A stretch of DNA of 64,000 bases from Candidatus Hydrogenedentota bacterium (GTDB taxonomy: Bacteria > Hydrogenedentota > Hydrogenedentia > Hydrogenedentales > SLHB01). Position 1 is the stretch's first letter; every line of letters begins with the position of its first letter. The translations under genes and the position numbers were made by a program. This document shows positions 11,001-19,797 of this stretch, piece by piece. The notes beneath the pieces are model-generated. The model was not told where the DNA came from and ran no database searches. It was given only the letters and a program-made list of their open reading frames with translations. The stretch covers positions 1 through 64,000 of the forward strand of contig BTVY01000027.1 of NCBI GenBank assembly GCA_045863335.1. The letters are read 5' to 3'.

Positions 11001-11054
11001 GTCTTGCCTCATCTTGCCACGATCAACCAGCAACCCGTCCATCCAGTGAATTGA
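8043..11054 (+). CDS. BlaR1-like M56 metallopeptidase with C-terminal leucine-rich-repeat domain
   Basis: WQSS.LA, RYWLWMLVVLRLLVVP, SPFVFG..KPVVILP, AHEFAH zinc motif, ERERACD; from about 9480 onward many LxxLxxLxxLxL...TDAG repeats. Confidence 0.9.
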   Translation: MPELIEVTNEFAPHWAGVMWAAVWQSSILAAAVLGITLLLRRFSPSLRYWLWMLVVLRLLVVPLGTVSLPILPALNESVHVDGPAIAEELLTEITATPGAGGFGAGSGVPGLSAVELPPAPSSPQQAEPARTLPKPSLPTIVFAVWVLGILAAAGRLAWTWSQTRRIVHHATAPSCDTRLSTLASRIAYAMGLRRAPRIGITGCSVSPFVFGVIKPVVILPRQLVERADDGQLAAVLAHEFAHLRRFDPLFGWLFSLCHAAYFFHPALILVKRQLLIERERACDDYALAISKARPSEYARALVSVAELCSAPATAVGPLLVVAESFADLKTRLVALQRQTRPQARLSIGALAVLIALATVTVPGIALTNRAPELATAVVHDMDENFQVAQAPVARVEPTRNARVFAPPQHIPVDGRVLHFPSDRTLGTIRIMDSDFERTLDTFYHWLDDSEWVDWSTARGDVVIPEGKHVWLVLNPRACSDLSGLQQLQPNDIFKLSVDYTERGGPSLDDTGMAHIAHLTGIRYLHLRWSNVTDAGLVFLPELYRLERLQVPRYMTDAGMAQIARAPWLKALYLSETPVTDAGMAYLEKLSGLRELSIDATNVGDAGLAYLTYLAQLDYLMLGGAYFTDYGMEQLKAAPSIRILNVSRLGISDRGVQHLAALPNLEVLSLYGIPALTNESLAHLGQSQTLRKLDLSVPAGDTSRIHDEGFAALATCPNLEHLCLPPTFSDRGLASVAKLKGLKYLHATNSSRGALSDAGLRSIAELPVLEELHVTGGDGITDAGIARIGGMQSLRTLMLMSDSRNFTDAGVAELARLTNLTSLELFMTPKYCPVTKSGLNHLNRLTNLRFLSVLGGRPDDSVLDLSALYEMENLTIGIPELRDEDVAFVAKLPNLKWLQGIRGISDEGMAFVAGLTRLERLNIGGPTVTDDGLRHLRGLKVLNHLSVEGNFTDAGLRQLEANPLLRMVSFEGGKAFTQEGLERFVMVLPHLATINQQPVHPVN

Positions 11055-11287
11055 GACTCGCGGCAATGGGCTCTCAATCGAGCATCGGCGGCGGGTTTTC
11101 GTGTCGCGATAGCGTCGACAGAATACTTGTCACCATAACCGCATCTAAAACGTCTACAGATTAAGACACAGCGCATAGGCTAGCAAGGCTCAATTTCGCG
11201 ACTGAGGCGAGTACCGTCGCTTGCGACTCACGAGTTCCTTCGGGTTCCGCTCAATTCTGGCTGTGAATGCAATCTGGGAGGGTCAAT

Positions 11288-12211
11288 ATGTCGACGCGTT
11301 TGCGCAATGCATTTACGATGCTGCGAAGAACGGTGCCAGTAATCAGGGACGGTGCGCGCGGCGCGGCAGTCATCGTTCTGTTGGCCGGTTGGTACGCCCT
11401 TCTTGCGCTAGAAGAAGATGGGAAGTCCGCCGACGATCTTTTCGAACGGACTGGCAGCGGAACCATGGGAGAAGTATCGCGGGATTCCCCTGCATTCGCG
11501 CTCGCATCCGAGCTTGAGGACGCGCTTTGGGAACTCGAACAGTGCCCGGCAGAACCGGATATGGACGTTGCCGGGAGGCCGGGATACTCCGTCGTTCTGG
11601 GGTATGAGTGGTGGGATACGGATCCTGAAGGCTCCGGGCGAAAACGAGGGTTGCAGCAGACCTTCGCTCAGTTGTGCCTGGTGGCGGAAGAACAGTTCGC
11701 TTCCGTTCCATCGGCGGACGACGTACCCTGGAGTGAGCTACCCGAAGCGGCTCCCGAGTGGATGAGCTTGGACGGACCAACGGAGAACGTGTACCTGGGG
11801 ACGGCAGGGGGATTTCACGTGTTCGGTCACATGACCGTCCCGATGCAGGAGGAGATTCGCTCTCGCATTGGCACATCGGGAGGAGACGACCGCGTGAATC
11901 TCCTCGAGCGGCAATTGAAACGATGCAGGTCCGATCTCGCGTATCAGAAGATGATACGCATGCTCGCTCACCACGGCGAAGCCGCGCTTCCCATTTTGCG
12001 GCGCGAGATCGAACGGTTGCCAGTGCCTCAGCGGCGCTCCGCGATCTATTCGTTGATGCAGATTCCAGGTCCGGAGAGCGCCGGCATACTCCGCGATCTC
12101 TACTTCCAAGACGAGATGCATGAAGAGATGGCATACCTCATGCGAATCGGTCCGTACCGACCCGACCTCGAAGATATTCATGCGGAGATCCGCGCCGACG
12201 CCATGAACTGA
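11288..12211 (+). CDS. Hypothetical protein with N-terminal hydrophobic segment and C-terminal HEAT-like repeat
   Basis: About 307-aa ORF; GGAGGG upstream of ATG 11288; GEAALPIL...RRSAIYSL.QIPGPES HEAT-like pattern; start uncertain. Confidence 0.6.
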   Translation: MSTRLRNAFTMLRRTVPVIRDGARGAAVIVLLAGWYALLALEEDGKSADDLFERTGSGTMGEVSRDSPAFALASELEDALWELEQCPAEPDMDVAGRPGYSVVLGYEWWDTDPEGSGRKRGLQQTFAQLCLVAEEQFASVPSADDVPWSELPEAAPEWMSLDGPTENVYLGTAGGFHVFGHMTVPMQEEIRSRIGTSGGDDRVNLLERQLKRCRSDLAYQKMIRMLAHHGEAALPILRREIERLPVPQRRSAIYSLMQIPGPESAGILRDLYFQDEMHEEMAYLMRIGPYRPDLEDIHAEIRADAMN

Positions 12212-12314
12212 CGTGGCTACAAGTGCACCGCGTTTCCGCTCCTGACTCACGGTCAGCGGGTACCAAGCCTCCCACGGTGACCAGACCTGACGAGATGCCG
12301 CGGCGATCACGACG

Positions 12315-12344
12315 TTGAAACCGACCCCACCTCTTTGCTAAAGT
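12315..12344 (+). promoter_or_regulatory. Putative sigma70 promoter of tRNA-Ala
   Basis: TTGAAA (12315-12320), 18 bp, TAAAGT (12339-12344) with extended TG. Confidence 0.6.
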
Positions 12345-12375
12345 ACGCCCTCGCCAACGACTACACATTTTTCGT

Positions 12376-12451
12376 GGGGCTGTAGCTCAGCTGGGAGAGC
12401 GCTGCGTTCGCAATGCAGAGGTCGTCGGTTCGATCCCGATCAGCTCCACCA
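12376..12451 (+). tRNA. tRNA-Ala (anticodon CGC)
   Basis: GGGGCTG/CAGCTCC acceptor stem with G3:U70, TAGCTCAGCTGGGAGAGC D arm, CTGCG-TTCGCAA-TGCAG anticodon arm, GGTTCGATCC T loop, encoded CCA; 76 nt. Confidence 0.97.
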
Positions 12452-12459
12452 TTCAGATT

Positions 12460-12498
12460 AAAGGGCTTGCAGGTTTTGTGCCTGCAAGCCCTTTCTCT
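12460..12498. terminator. Intrinsic terminator after tRNA-Ala (possibly bidirectional)
   Basis: Perfect 14-bp stem AAAGGGCTTGCAGG / CCTGCAAGCCCTTT, 7-nt loop; between convergent genes. Confidence 0.8.
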
Positions 12499-12549
12499 GT
12501 TGTGAGCACACTGTCGTGCGGATCGTTATCTTCGGCTACCGTCTTGTGC

Positions 12550-13710
12550 TTAGTAGAAGCCGAACTCGAAGGCGGCGTCGTAGAGGGCCACGATATTTTC
12601 GGGTGGGACGCCGGCCTGGATGTTGTGGCAATTGTTGAACACGTAACCGCCTCCGGGTTTGAAGGTCTCCAGGTTTCGCTTGACGTGTTCGCGCACTTCG
12701 TTGGGCGTCGCGACAGGCAGCACGTGCTGGGCGTCGATTCCACCGCCCCAGAAGGTGAGGTCGCGCCCGTACTGGCGCTTCAGCAGGCTTGGGTCCATGC
12801 CGTTCGCGCTGATTTGGACCGGGTTGAGGATGTGTATGCCGTTGTCGATCAAGTCTGGAATGAGCGCCACGCAGGAGCCGCAGGTGTGGTACCAGATGTA
12901 CGCGTCCGTCAGCGAGCGGATATGCTGCACGAGCCGTTTCTGGCGCGGTTTGACGACGGCACGGTAGAAGTCGGGCGCGAACAGCGGTCCGGCCTGGCCG
13001 GCGAGGTCATCGCCGATCATGACGACATCCACAAGATCGCCAACTTCGCCCATGAACCCCTCGTAGTAGTCCATCCAGAACCGGAGCATGCGATCCAACA
13101 GGGCCTCGCAAAATGCCGGGTTCTCCAGCATGTCGATGAGCCAGCGCTCGAGCCCGCGCAGGTACCAGCAATACTCGTAGACCACGCCGCCGATGCCGGT
13201 GCAGGTCGCGTAGGGCGTTTCCTTCCGCATCGCGTCGGCCTTGCTGCGCAGACCCTGGAAGCGGGTGGGATCGTTGCCGCGGGGGAAGGGGTAGTCGTCG
13301 AGGTCGCGAATCGTGGCCTGCGCGAGCGGGTGATGGCTGATATCCATGAAGAAGGGTTGGTCGTCCGGCATGGACCACACGACGCCGAACTCGTCGCGCA
13401 AATCGTGCCAGAGCCGGCCGTCACGGGTATGCCGCTCGATGCCGCTCTCGAACCCCTCCGGCGCTCCAGCGACGAGGTAGCGCGTGTCCACATGAAACCG
13501 CTCCAGAACGGCTTCGCAGGGCCGGGCCAACTGCTGGACGGGGTCCAATATTTGTACCTCATCCGCGATGCCGAGATGCTCGATTAATCGCTGATACGGA
13601 ATCCGGTGAATGCCCGTCTGAAACCCGCCGAGGTCGATCGGCACGCGATCCGGAACTTCGTGCCGCAAGGCCGTGAGCAACCGTTCACGCGACGTCATGG
13701 TCTCTTTCAT
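12550..13710 (-). CDS. Uroporphyrinogen decarboxylase (URO-D)/MtaA-CmuA fold protein
   Basis: MTSRERLLTALRHEVPDRVPIDLGG, GDDLAGQ, YHTCG, LNPVQ, GGIDAQ, GGGYVFNNCHNIQ. Confidence 0.9.
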   Translation of the reverse strand: MKETMTSRERLLTALRHEVPDRVPIDLGGFQTGIHRIPYQRLIEHLGIADEVQILDPVQQLARPCEAVLERFHVDTRYLVAGAPEGFESGIERHTRDGRLWHDLRDEFGVVWSMPDDQPFFMDISHHPLAQATIRDLDDYPFPRGNDPTRFQGLRSKADAMRKETPYATCTGIGGVVYEYCWYLRGLERWLIDMLENPAFCEALLDRMLRFWMDYYEGFMGEVGDLVDVVMIGDDLAGQAGPLFAPDFYRAVVKPRQKRLVQHIRSLTDAYIWYHTCGSCVALIPDLIDNGIHILNPVQISANGMDPSLLKRQYGRDLTFWGGGIDAQHVLPVATPNEVREHVKRNLETFKPGGGYVFNNCHNIQAGVPPENIVALYDAAFEFGFY

Positions 13711-13853
13711 CTAAGTACTCCCCCTAACTTCAGCCCCCGAACCGGAGATACGGCCCTGGCCGGATCAGTTCGGCCTACCCCCGTTTTATATGGCCGGATT
13801 CCCTTGTACTCCCTTCGCCGTTGCGCGATCAATCGCCTCCCTGAATTCTCGCT

Positions 13854-16205
13854 TCATTCAGCCTTCGATACATCGGGGCTGCTCAATCCGAATAGCGGTT
13901 CGTTCGGCATGGAGCCGACTACTGGAGCCACAGTAGGTGCGCCTTCGTAAGCGGGATCGACCAGGAGGGCCGTTGCGCCTTTCCGGAGTTCCAGCGCGTA
14001 GCGGTTATTATCCAAAGCCGTGAGGGACACGTCGCTGGAGGCGACAAGTTTGGGCGTCCCCTCGAATGCTGCCCGCACCCGGCACGGCTCTCCGGCCAGG
14101 CTTTCAACCCGAACCCACGCCGTCTTGCCGTCCACGCGGGCCGCACTTACGAGGAATCCGCCTTCCGCGCGCCAGTGGTGAAATACGACGTCGCTCCACG
14201 CATCCGGTGCGGCGGGGAAAATGCGAATCAAGGGTCCGTCGGCGGCGTCCCAGCTTTGGATGAGCATGTCGTGGATCGATTGGGCGGCGGAAAGGGGCGT
14301 TTCGATAACGGGCCCGGCTTCGCGGTACATGGTGTTGGGTTCAATAAAAGGTTTGAGTGCGTTGAGATAGTTCAACGCGCGTTCCGAATCGCCTATCGCG
14401 GCGGAGATGGACGCGCCGCCTGTGAAGGAGTAGCCCATCAGGGCTTCCGGGAAGCTATGCCAATGGTACAGTGATCGGCGGATGCGCGTTTCGCCATCGG
14501 GCTGCTCCACGGTCACTTCGTACAAGGGGTAAATCATCAGCAAATGCGAGTAATGGCGGTGGCTCGAATCCAGGGGGACATCGCGGGCGATCAGGAAACC
14601 GTTTTCGCCTTCTGGATACTCGGCTAATTGATCCACGATGCGCCGCCATTCCGGGGCTTTCGGATCTTCAATGTCCAAACGTTGCGAGATGTGCAGAAGC
14701 GTTCGCGCGCCCCAACGCAGCAGCGCGAGATCATAGTTGCAGTCCGGGCCGGTCTTGTATTCGGGTGAATACGTCGGCGGCAGATGCAGCCGGCCGTCGT
14801 CGCCCGCTTCGAGGAAATGCAGGTAATAATTCACCGCGCGGCACAGCACCGGATACAGCGTGTCGCGAAGCAACTGCTGGTCCATGGTCATGCGGTATTG
14901 CAACCAGACGTTGTGACAGGCCCACAGGAGGTCGCCGACCTCGGGACGTTCCTCTTGTCCCGGAACTCCGGCCAGGCTCGGATAGAAAACACCCCCCACG
15001 AGGCGCGCCGTTGACGACCGGTACACGGCGGCGGAGTCATGGCGGTAATCCTCGGGCACGTTGGCAATGAGGTTCGGCAGATACTCGCGGAGCGCGTTGG
15101 GCAAGGGTTGGGCGAGGTCGAGGTGATTGGAGGTGTACATGGGCCAGTAGGTCAGTTGGACGTTCAGGTTCCACCAGATGCCGGGCCACGGCGTGGGCTG
15201 ATCCCAAGGGCCTTGAATCCCGAGGACGACCCCGTCCGGTCGCGTCGCGGCGCGCAACTTGTAGATTTGGTTCCAGTAGAAGCTTTGCCAGTAGGGGTCG
15301 GATACGGAAAAGAAGCTCTTCTGGTAATGGTCGCGCCAGGCGGCCCGGTGGGTTTCGATGAAGGTTTCCAAGGGGACGTCGGACGCGGCATCGACAGTCT
15401 GTGCGGCGTGCTGCGCCACAGACGACGGTTCGCCCGGCCACGCGTATTGCGTGGTGATATAGAGCGCGTGCCAATCGTCTTGCTTCCTCTCGCGCCATGC
15501 CGTAGCGTAGGCGCCGTCGCTCAGGGGTTGCACCCATGCGGCGATGCCGTCGATCTCGGTTGGATAACCGTCCGGGTTCGGCGACCACGTCTTCACGCGT
15601 TCGGGATCCGGCTTCACCGCAAGCCGGGAGTGGAGGGCCTCCTTCGGCGACCACGTGAAGCCGCTGCCTTCTTCGCCGTCTTCTCCTTTCCAGAGAATCA
15701 ATATGGCCATGTCGTCGGCATGCACCAAGGTGCGAAACGCAATCGCGCCTGCGGATGTGTGAATGGTTCCGGATGCCTCCGCATTCAGAAGATCGAGGCG
15801 AATGTCGCACCCGGTGAGGTCGCCGTTGGTGCGCAGCAAGAAACTTCCGATGGGCAGACGGCCCATGCCGTAGTTGATGGAACGGTGGTCTTCGACATCG
15901 CTGCGGCCCACCTGCCATTCCACGGTCCGGTCATCCACTTTGCGGACGAGCGTGCCCATCATCCCGTTGCCGAGGTACGGCGCTTCCCACCAGTTCTCGG
16001 GCAGGCGTTCCCATACCGGGTCGGCTGAGGACAGCAACGATCCCCAATCAATCTTGTCGATCACTTCCGGCTTCTGCGAATCCGCGGAGGCGCCAAGAAA
16101 ACTGCAAAGGAAAGTGGCCACAAGACTGATGCAACTCGCAAGCGAGAACAATCGACCCGTTGTGTACGCCGGCCGCTGTTCCCCCAATAACCGACCTTGA
16201 TTCAC
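13854..16205 (-). CDS. Secreted GH95-like glycoside hydrolase (alpha-L-fucosidase-like)
   Basis: APYLGNGMMG, WNLNVQLTYWP, TYSPEY, HRHYSHL, IRIFPAAPDAW, RAEGGFLVSA; GTG start 16205 after AGGAAAGG. Confidence 0.8.
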   Translation of the reverse strand: MNQGRLLGEQRPAYTTGRLFSLASCISLVATFLCSFLGASADSQKPEVIDKIDWGSLLSSADPVWERLPENWWEAPYLGNGMMGTLVRKVDDRTVEWQVGRSDVEDHRSINYGMGRLPIGSFLLRTNGDLTGCDIRLDLLNAEASGTIHTSAGAIAFRTLVHADDMAILILWKGEDGEEGSGFTWSPKEALHSRLAVKPDPERVKTWSPNPDGYPTEIDGIAAWVQPLSDGAYATAWRERKQDDWHALYITTQYAWPGEPSSVAQHAAQTVDAASDVPLETFIETHRAAWRDHYQKSFFSVSDPYWQSFYWNQIYKLRAATRPDGVVLGIQGPWDQPTPWPGIWWNLNVQLTYWPMYTSNHLDLAQPLPNALREYLPNLIANVPEDYRHDSAAVYRSSTARLVGGVFYPSLAGVPGQEERPEVGDLLWACHNVWLQYRMTMDQQLLRDTLYPVLCRAVNYYLHFLEAGDDGRLHLPPTYSPEYKTGPDCNYDLALLRWGARTLLHISQRLDIEDPKAPEWRRIVDQLAEYPEGENGFLIARDVPLDSSHRHYSHLLMIYPLYEVTVEQPDGETRIRRSLYHWHSFPEALMGYSFTGGASISAAIGDSERALNYLNALKPFIEPNTMYREAGPVIETPLSAAQSIHDMLIQSWDAADGPLIRIFPAAPDAWSDVVFHHWRAEGGFLVSAARVDGKTAWVRVESLAGEPCRVRAAFEGTPKLVASSDVSLTALDNNRYALELRKGATALLVDPAYEGAPTVAPVVGSMPNEPLFGLSSPDVSKAE

Positions 16206-16239
16206 TTCTACTGCCTTTCCTTGGTCGTAAGTGCGGACG

Positions 16240-17631
16240 TTAAAACCCCCAGCCCTTCCTGTACGGGATACGAAGCAGACCGTTGGCCGCGGCATCATTC
16301 GTGATGCGGCAGGCCACGGCGTCCCATTCGATTCGGCCGCCAGCGCGGATGGCGACGTTGCCGAGTTGGACGGTTTCAGTCAGTGTACCGGCGTAGTCAA
16401 AATTTGACACGGCGGGTTTGCCACCTTTGCAGGCTTGGACCCAGTTTGCCCGGTGGGCTTCGTCGTATCGGCCGCCTTCCCAGGGCAGACGTTCGAGGAT
16501 TGGGTCAGGCATCGCATACTCCGCCATGAGGCTGTCCGGACGCAGGCGCGGCGAGTTTCCGTGGGAGTCACAAGTGAGGACGCCCTTGTCGCCGACGAAG
16601 ATGGTCCCTTCGCCGCCAACGGGGGTGGGGTCGTCTTCGGGGAGCATGGGGGGCTTGGGCGGACGGATCTTGCCGTCATACCAGGTGAGCTTCACAGAGG
16701 GCAGCGTCTGGCCATCGACCACGCGCTCTGGGAACTCGTATTCGACGATCGATTTCCTGGGTCCGCTCTCGACCGTGTTGCCCTCCTCGTGCACGCAGGT
16801 GACGGACGTTGGCGCGCCGAGGTGGAGGGCCCAGTTCGGCGGGTCCAGGATGTGGCAACCCATGTCGCCGAGGGCGCCGCTGCCGAAGGCCCACCAACCG
16901 CGCCAGACATCGGGCATGTAGCCGGGAGTTGAACCGTCGCGGTTGTACTGGTCCGAGTAGCCGCCGAAGGGCCGCGTGGGGGCCGGACCCAGCCAGAGGT
17001 CCCAGTCGACGCCTTGGGGGATGGGCTTCTCCGGTAGTGGTGCGGCAAAACCGACCGGCCAAAGGGGACGGTCCGACCAGCAGTGGACCTCGCGCACAGG
17101 TCCAATTGCGCCGCTCCAGATCATCTCGCAGGTCTGGCGGACGCCGTCGCTGGAGTGTCCCTGGTTGCCCATCTGCGTGGCGACCTTGTAGCGGCGCGCG
17201 GCCTCTGTCATGCGGCGCACTTCCTCAACCGTGTGGCCCATGGGTTTCTCGACGTATACGTGCTTGCCGAGTTCCATGGCGGCCATGGCGAGGATCGCGT
17301 GCGTGTGGTCGGGCGTGGTGATGACGACCGCGTCGATGTTCTTCTGTTTCTCCAGCATGACCCGCCAATCGCGGTATTTGGGGACGTTCGGACACCAGCC
17401 GTAGGCCTCGGCGGAGGCCATGTCGTCCACGTCGCAGAGGGCGACCACGTTCTCGTAGTTCAGGCAGAATTGGAGGTGGCCACGGCCTTTGCCGCCCACG
17501 CCGATATGTGCCGTATTGAGTTTTTCACTCGCCGACACCTTTCGCGGTACGGTACGGCAGGCGCCGAGCGTTGCGGCCGCCAGCGCGCCTCCAAAAATGA
17601 AGGTCCGACGAGACAGGTGCTTTGATGCCAT
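16240..17631 (-). CDS. Tat-exported Gfo/Idh/MocA family oxidoreductase
   Basis: SRRTFI twin-arginine signal with LGAC; GVGGKG; TPDHTHA; YVEKP; GALGDMGCH. Confidence 0.92.
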   Translation of the reverse strand: MASKHLSRRTFIFGGALAAATLGACRTVPRKVSASEKLNTAHIGVGGKGRGHLQFCLNYENVVALCDVDDMASAEAYGWCPNVPKYRDWRVMLEKQKNIDAVVITTPDHTHAILAMAAMELGKHVYVEKPMGHTVEEVRRMTEAARRYKVATQMGNQGHSSDGVRQTCEMIWSGAIGPVREVHCWSDRPLWPVGFAAPLPEKPIPQGVDWDLWLGPAPTRPFGGYSDQYNRDGSTPGYMPDVWRGWWAFGSGALGDMGCHILDPPNWALHLGAPTSVTCVHEEGNTVESGPRKSIVEYEFPERVVDGQTLPSVKLTWYDGKIRPPKPPMLPEDDPTPVGGEGTIFVGDKGVLTCDSHGNSPRLRPDSLMAEYAMPDPILERLPWEGGRYDEAHRANWVQACKGGKPAVSNFDYAGTLTETVQLGNVAIRAGGRIEWDAVACRITNDAAANGLLRIPYRKGWGF

Positions 17632-17773
17632 CTGCTGATTCCCCACGCGACAGGTTTCCACGTCGACGCCCAATCAAGGGCCCGTGCCGCGAGGATACCA
17701 GAGTTTTGGGCTCATGCTGAACTCCATCTTGATACGATGCACAGATGCACGAGAGAATGCCGGGAGGCGTTCA

Positions 17774-17790
17774 TGCTGACTTCGTGCCAA
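17774..17790 (-). promoter_or_regulatory. Possible sigma54 -24/-12 element upstream of the Gfo/Idh/MocA gene
   Basis: Minus strand TTGGCACGAAGTCAGCA has GG-N10-GC spacing; -12 is non-consensus. Confidence 0.35.
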
Positions 17791-17851
17791 GTTGGAGTGC
17801 TGGGGAGTGGTTCCGGATGGCGCAAAAAGCGAATCGTCGAGAGGAAAGAAC

Positions 17852-18017
17852 GAAGAACATCCCCCTTGCCCCCTTCAAAGGGGGAAACCGCACAACGCTT
17901 CGCGTTGTGTTCAGTAACGGGCGTGGCTGGGCTTCGGAGGAGGTGATGCTGCATATGTCCGCAACAATAGGGACGTGCAATTCCCCCTTTGAAGGGGGAT
18001 CAAGGGGGATGTTCTTC
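17852..18017. repeat. Inverted pair of REP-like repeats (REPIN-like)
   Basis: 17852-17886 and 17981-18017 are reverse complements apart from a 2-bp indel; same family as 39-67. Confidence 0.85.
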
Positions 18018-18106
18018 TTCCGTTCTCGAAGTTTTTCTGCAGGCCTTGCTCAAGCCATCAGTGTTTCGAATAGTTACTGACTCACGCGAGCCGGAGAAAC
18101 GCGCAG

Positions 18107-18916
18107 ATGAAGAAGATAACAATTGTAGCCATCATCACGTTGGTTTGCGCGTTGGCCGGCTGGGCGCAAGATGCCGTCGAGTCCATCCAGTTCAATGCGA
18201 AGCGCTTGGACTTTCCCGTCGGCGAAGGCCGGGGATTCGTCATTCTACCAACGCAACCTGCGGCGGATGGGTCGCATCCGTGGGTGTGGTACGCGCCGAC
18301 GTTCATCGGACATCACCCGGATGATTCGCATACATGGATGGCGAAGCAACTGCTCGAAGCCGGGTTCGCCATATGCGGGATCGACGTGGGCGAATCGTAC
18401 GGCAGCCCGGCGGGGACTGCGCTGTACAACGCCCTCTACGGCCATGTGCGGGAAGCTTACGGACTTGATGACAAGCCCTGCCTGCTCCCACAGAGCCGGG
18501 GCGGGCTGATGTTACTCAACTGGGCCGTCGAGAACCCGGAGAAGGTCCAATGCATCGCGGGCATTTATACGGTCTGCAACATCGAAAGCTATCCCGGAGT
18601 GGAAAAAGCCTGCGGCGCCTATGGCATGTCCGCGGATGATTTGACCGCGCAACTCGACCGGTACAACCCGGTGCGACGGGTGAAGGTCCTCGCTGATGCG
18701 CGGATACCACTTCTCTTCATTCACGGCGATTCGGATACCGTCGTCCCCATTGAAGCAAATGCCGGGAAGCTGGTGGAAGAGTGCCGAAGTCTCGGAGGCG
18801 ACGCGCATCTCATCGTCGTCCCCGGCAAAGGACACGAGGTGTGCCCGGAGTTTTTCCAGTCTGAAGCGTTGATGACCTTCCTGTTGTCGCAAGGGACATC
18901 GGCACCCAAGAAGTGA
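18107..18916 (+). CDS. Secreted alpha/beta hydrolase (S9-like)
   Basis: Signal peptide; PWVWYAP; QSRGG nucleophile elbow; HGDSD; GKGH. Confidence 0.85.
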   Translation: MKKITIVAIITLVCALAGWAQDAVESIQFNAKRLDFPVGEGRGFVILPTQPAADGSHPWVWYAPTFIGHHPDDSHTWMAKQLLEAGFAICGIDVGESYGSPAGTALYNALYGHVREAYGLDDKPCLLPQSRGGLMLLNWAVENPEKVQCIAGIYTVCNIESYPGVEKACGAYGMSADDLTAQLDRYNPVRRVKVLADARIPLLFIHGDSDTVVPIEANAGKLVEECRSLGGDAHLIVVPGKGHEVCPEFFQSEALMTFLLSQGTSAPKK

Positions 18917-18930
18917 GGAGTTTGCTGCGC

Positions 18931-19797
18931 ATGAACGTGGGCATGATCGGGTTGGGCCTGTTGGGCCGCGCCATCGCGGGCCGCTTGATGGACGCGGGCC
19001 ATACCGTTACGGGATACGACATATCGGATTCGGCAAACGCGGCTGCCCGCGAACAGGGCGTAGCCGTCGCCGTCAACGCGGTTGCCGCCGTTGCAGACTG
19101 CACCCACGTAATCCTGAGCCTGCTCACTTCTGAGGACCGAAGACAACTCCTCTGGGGAGAGCAAAACCTATCGAAAGCGCTGGCTCAAGGCATGGTCCTG
19201 CTCGACACGACCACGGCGCGTCCCCAGGATATCCGCGAAGATCATGCGCGGCTCAGCGGTGAAAATGGCGCGCGCCTGATCGACGTGTGCATTTCCGGGT
19301 CGAGTCAGGTAGTTGCCGAGGGCCGTGCGTTGGCCTTGATCGGGGATGAAGAAGATCGGGCCAACTACCTGGACCTGTTGAGAACCTTTACCGCGCGGCA
19401 GTACTTCTTCGGGGATCCCGGTGACGGAAACGAGGCCAAGCTCATCGTGAACCTTGTGTTCGGGCTGAACCGGCTCGTCCTTGCCGAAGCGCTGGGGCTC
19501 GCACGCAGGGCGGGCTTCGATCTGGATCCCATACTCGAGATCCTGCGCAATGGCGAGACGTACTCGACGGTGATGGATACAAAAGGCCCCAAGATGGTCG
19601 CGGGAAATTACGAGCCGCCGGTGGCGCGTCTCGGCCAGCACGCAAAAGACGTGCAACTCATCCTGGAGTATGCGAGAGGGCTGCACGCCAAGGTTCCCCT
19701 GACCGAAGTGCACGCGGCGATCCTTGACCGCTTGATCGAACTCGGCTACGGCGACCTCGACAACGCGGCGGTGTTCAAGGCGTACGACCAGCGGTGA
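18931..19797 (+). CDS. NAD(P)-dependent oxidoreductase, 3-hydroxyisobutyrate dehydrogenase family
   Basis: GMIGLGLLG, DVCISGS, AKLIVNL, KDVQL; alternative GTG start at 18913. Confidence 0.88.
   Translation: MNVGMIGLGLLGRAIAGRLMDAGHTVTGYDISDSANAAAREQGVAVAVNAVAAVADCTHVILSLLTSEDRRQLLWGEQNLSKALAQGMVLLDTTTARPQDIREDHARLSGENGARLIDVCISGSSQVVAEGRALALIGDEEDRANYLDLLRTFTARQYFFGDPGDGNEAKLIVNLVFGLNRLVLAEALGLARRAGFDLDPILEILRNGETYSTVMDTKGPKMVAGNYEPPVARLGQHAKDVQLILEYARGLHAKVPLTEVHAAILDRLIELGYGDLDNAAVFKAYDQR

Noticed and set aside
11152-11167. GTCTACAGATTAAGAC as a third BlaI operator
   Set aside because: Only one half-site matches the boxes at 7573-7611
12376-12500. tRNA-Ala as an integration site
   Set aside because: No integrase and no duplicated tRNA 3' end seen; the CGATCCCGAT match to the hexamer repeat is short and likely coincidental
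12478-13587. Long antisense ORFs here and at 28515-29663, 47872-49266, 49300-50994, 59676-61193 and 61380-63605
   Set aside because: Each lies opposite a well-recognised gene; expected in high-GC DNA with strong codon bias; no motifs
13711-13853. Possible cobalamin riboswitch before the URO-D-fold gene (AAGGGAATCCGG on minus strand)
   Set aside because: Lacks a B12 box (GCCACTG) and the other conserved elements; a cmsearch would be needed
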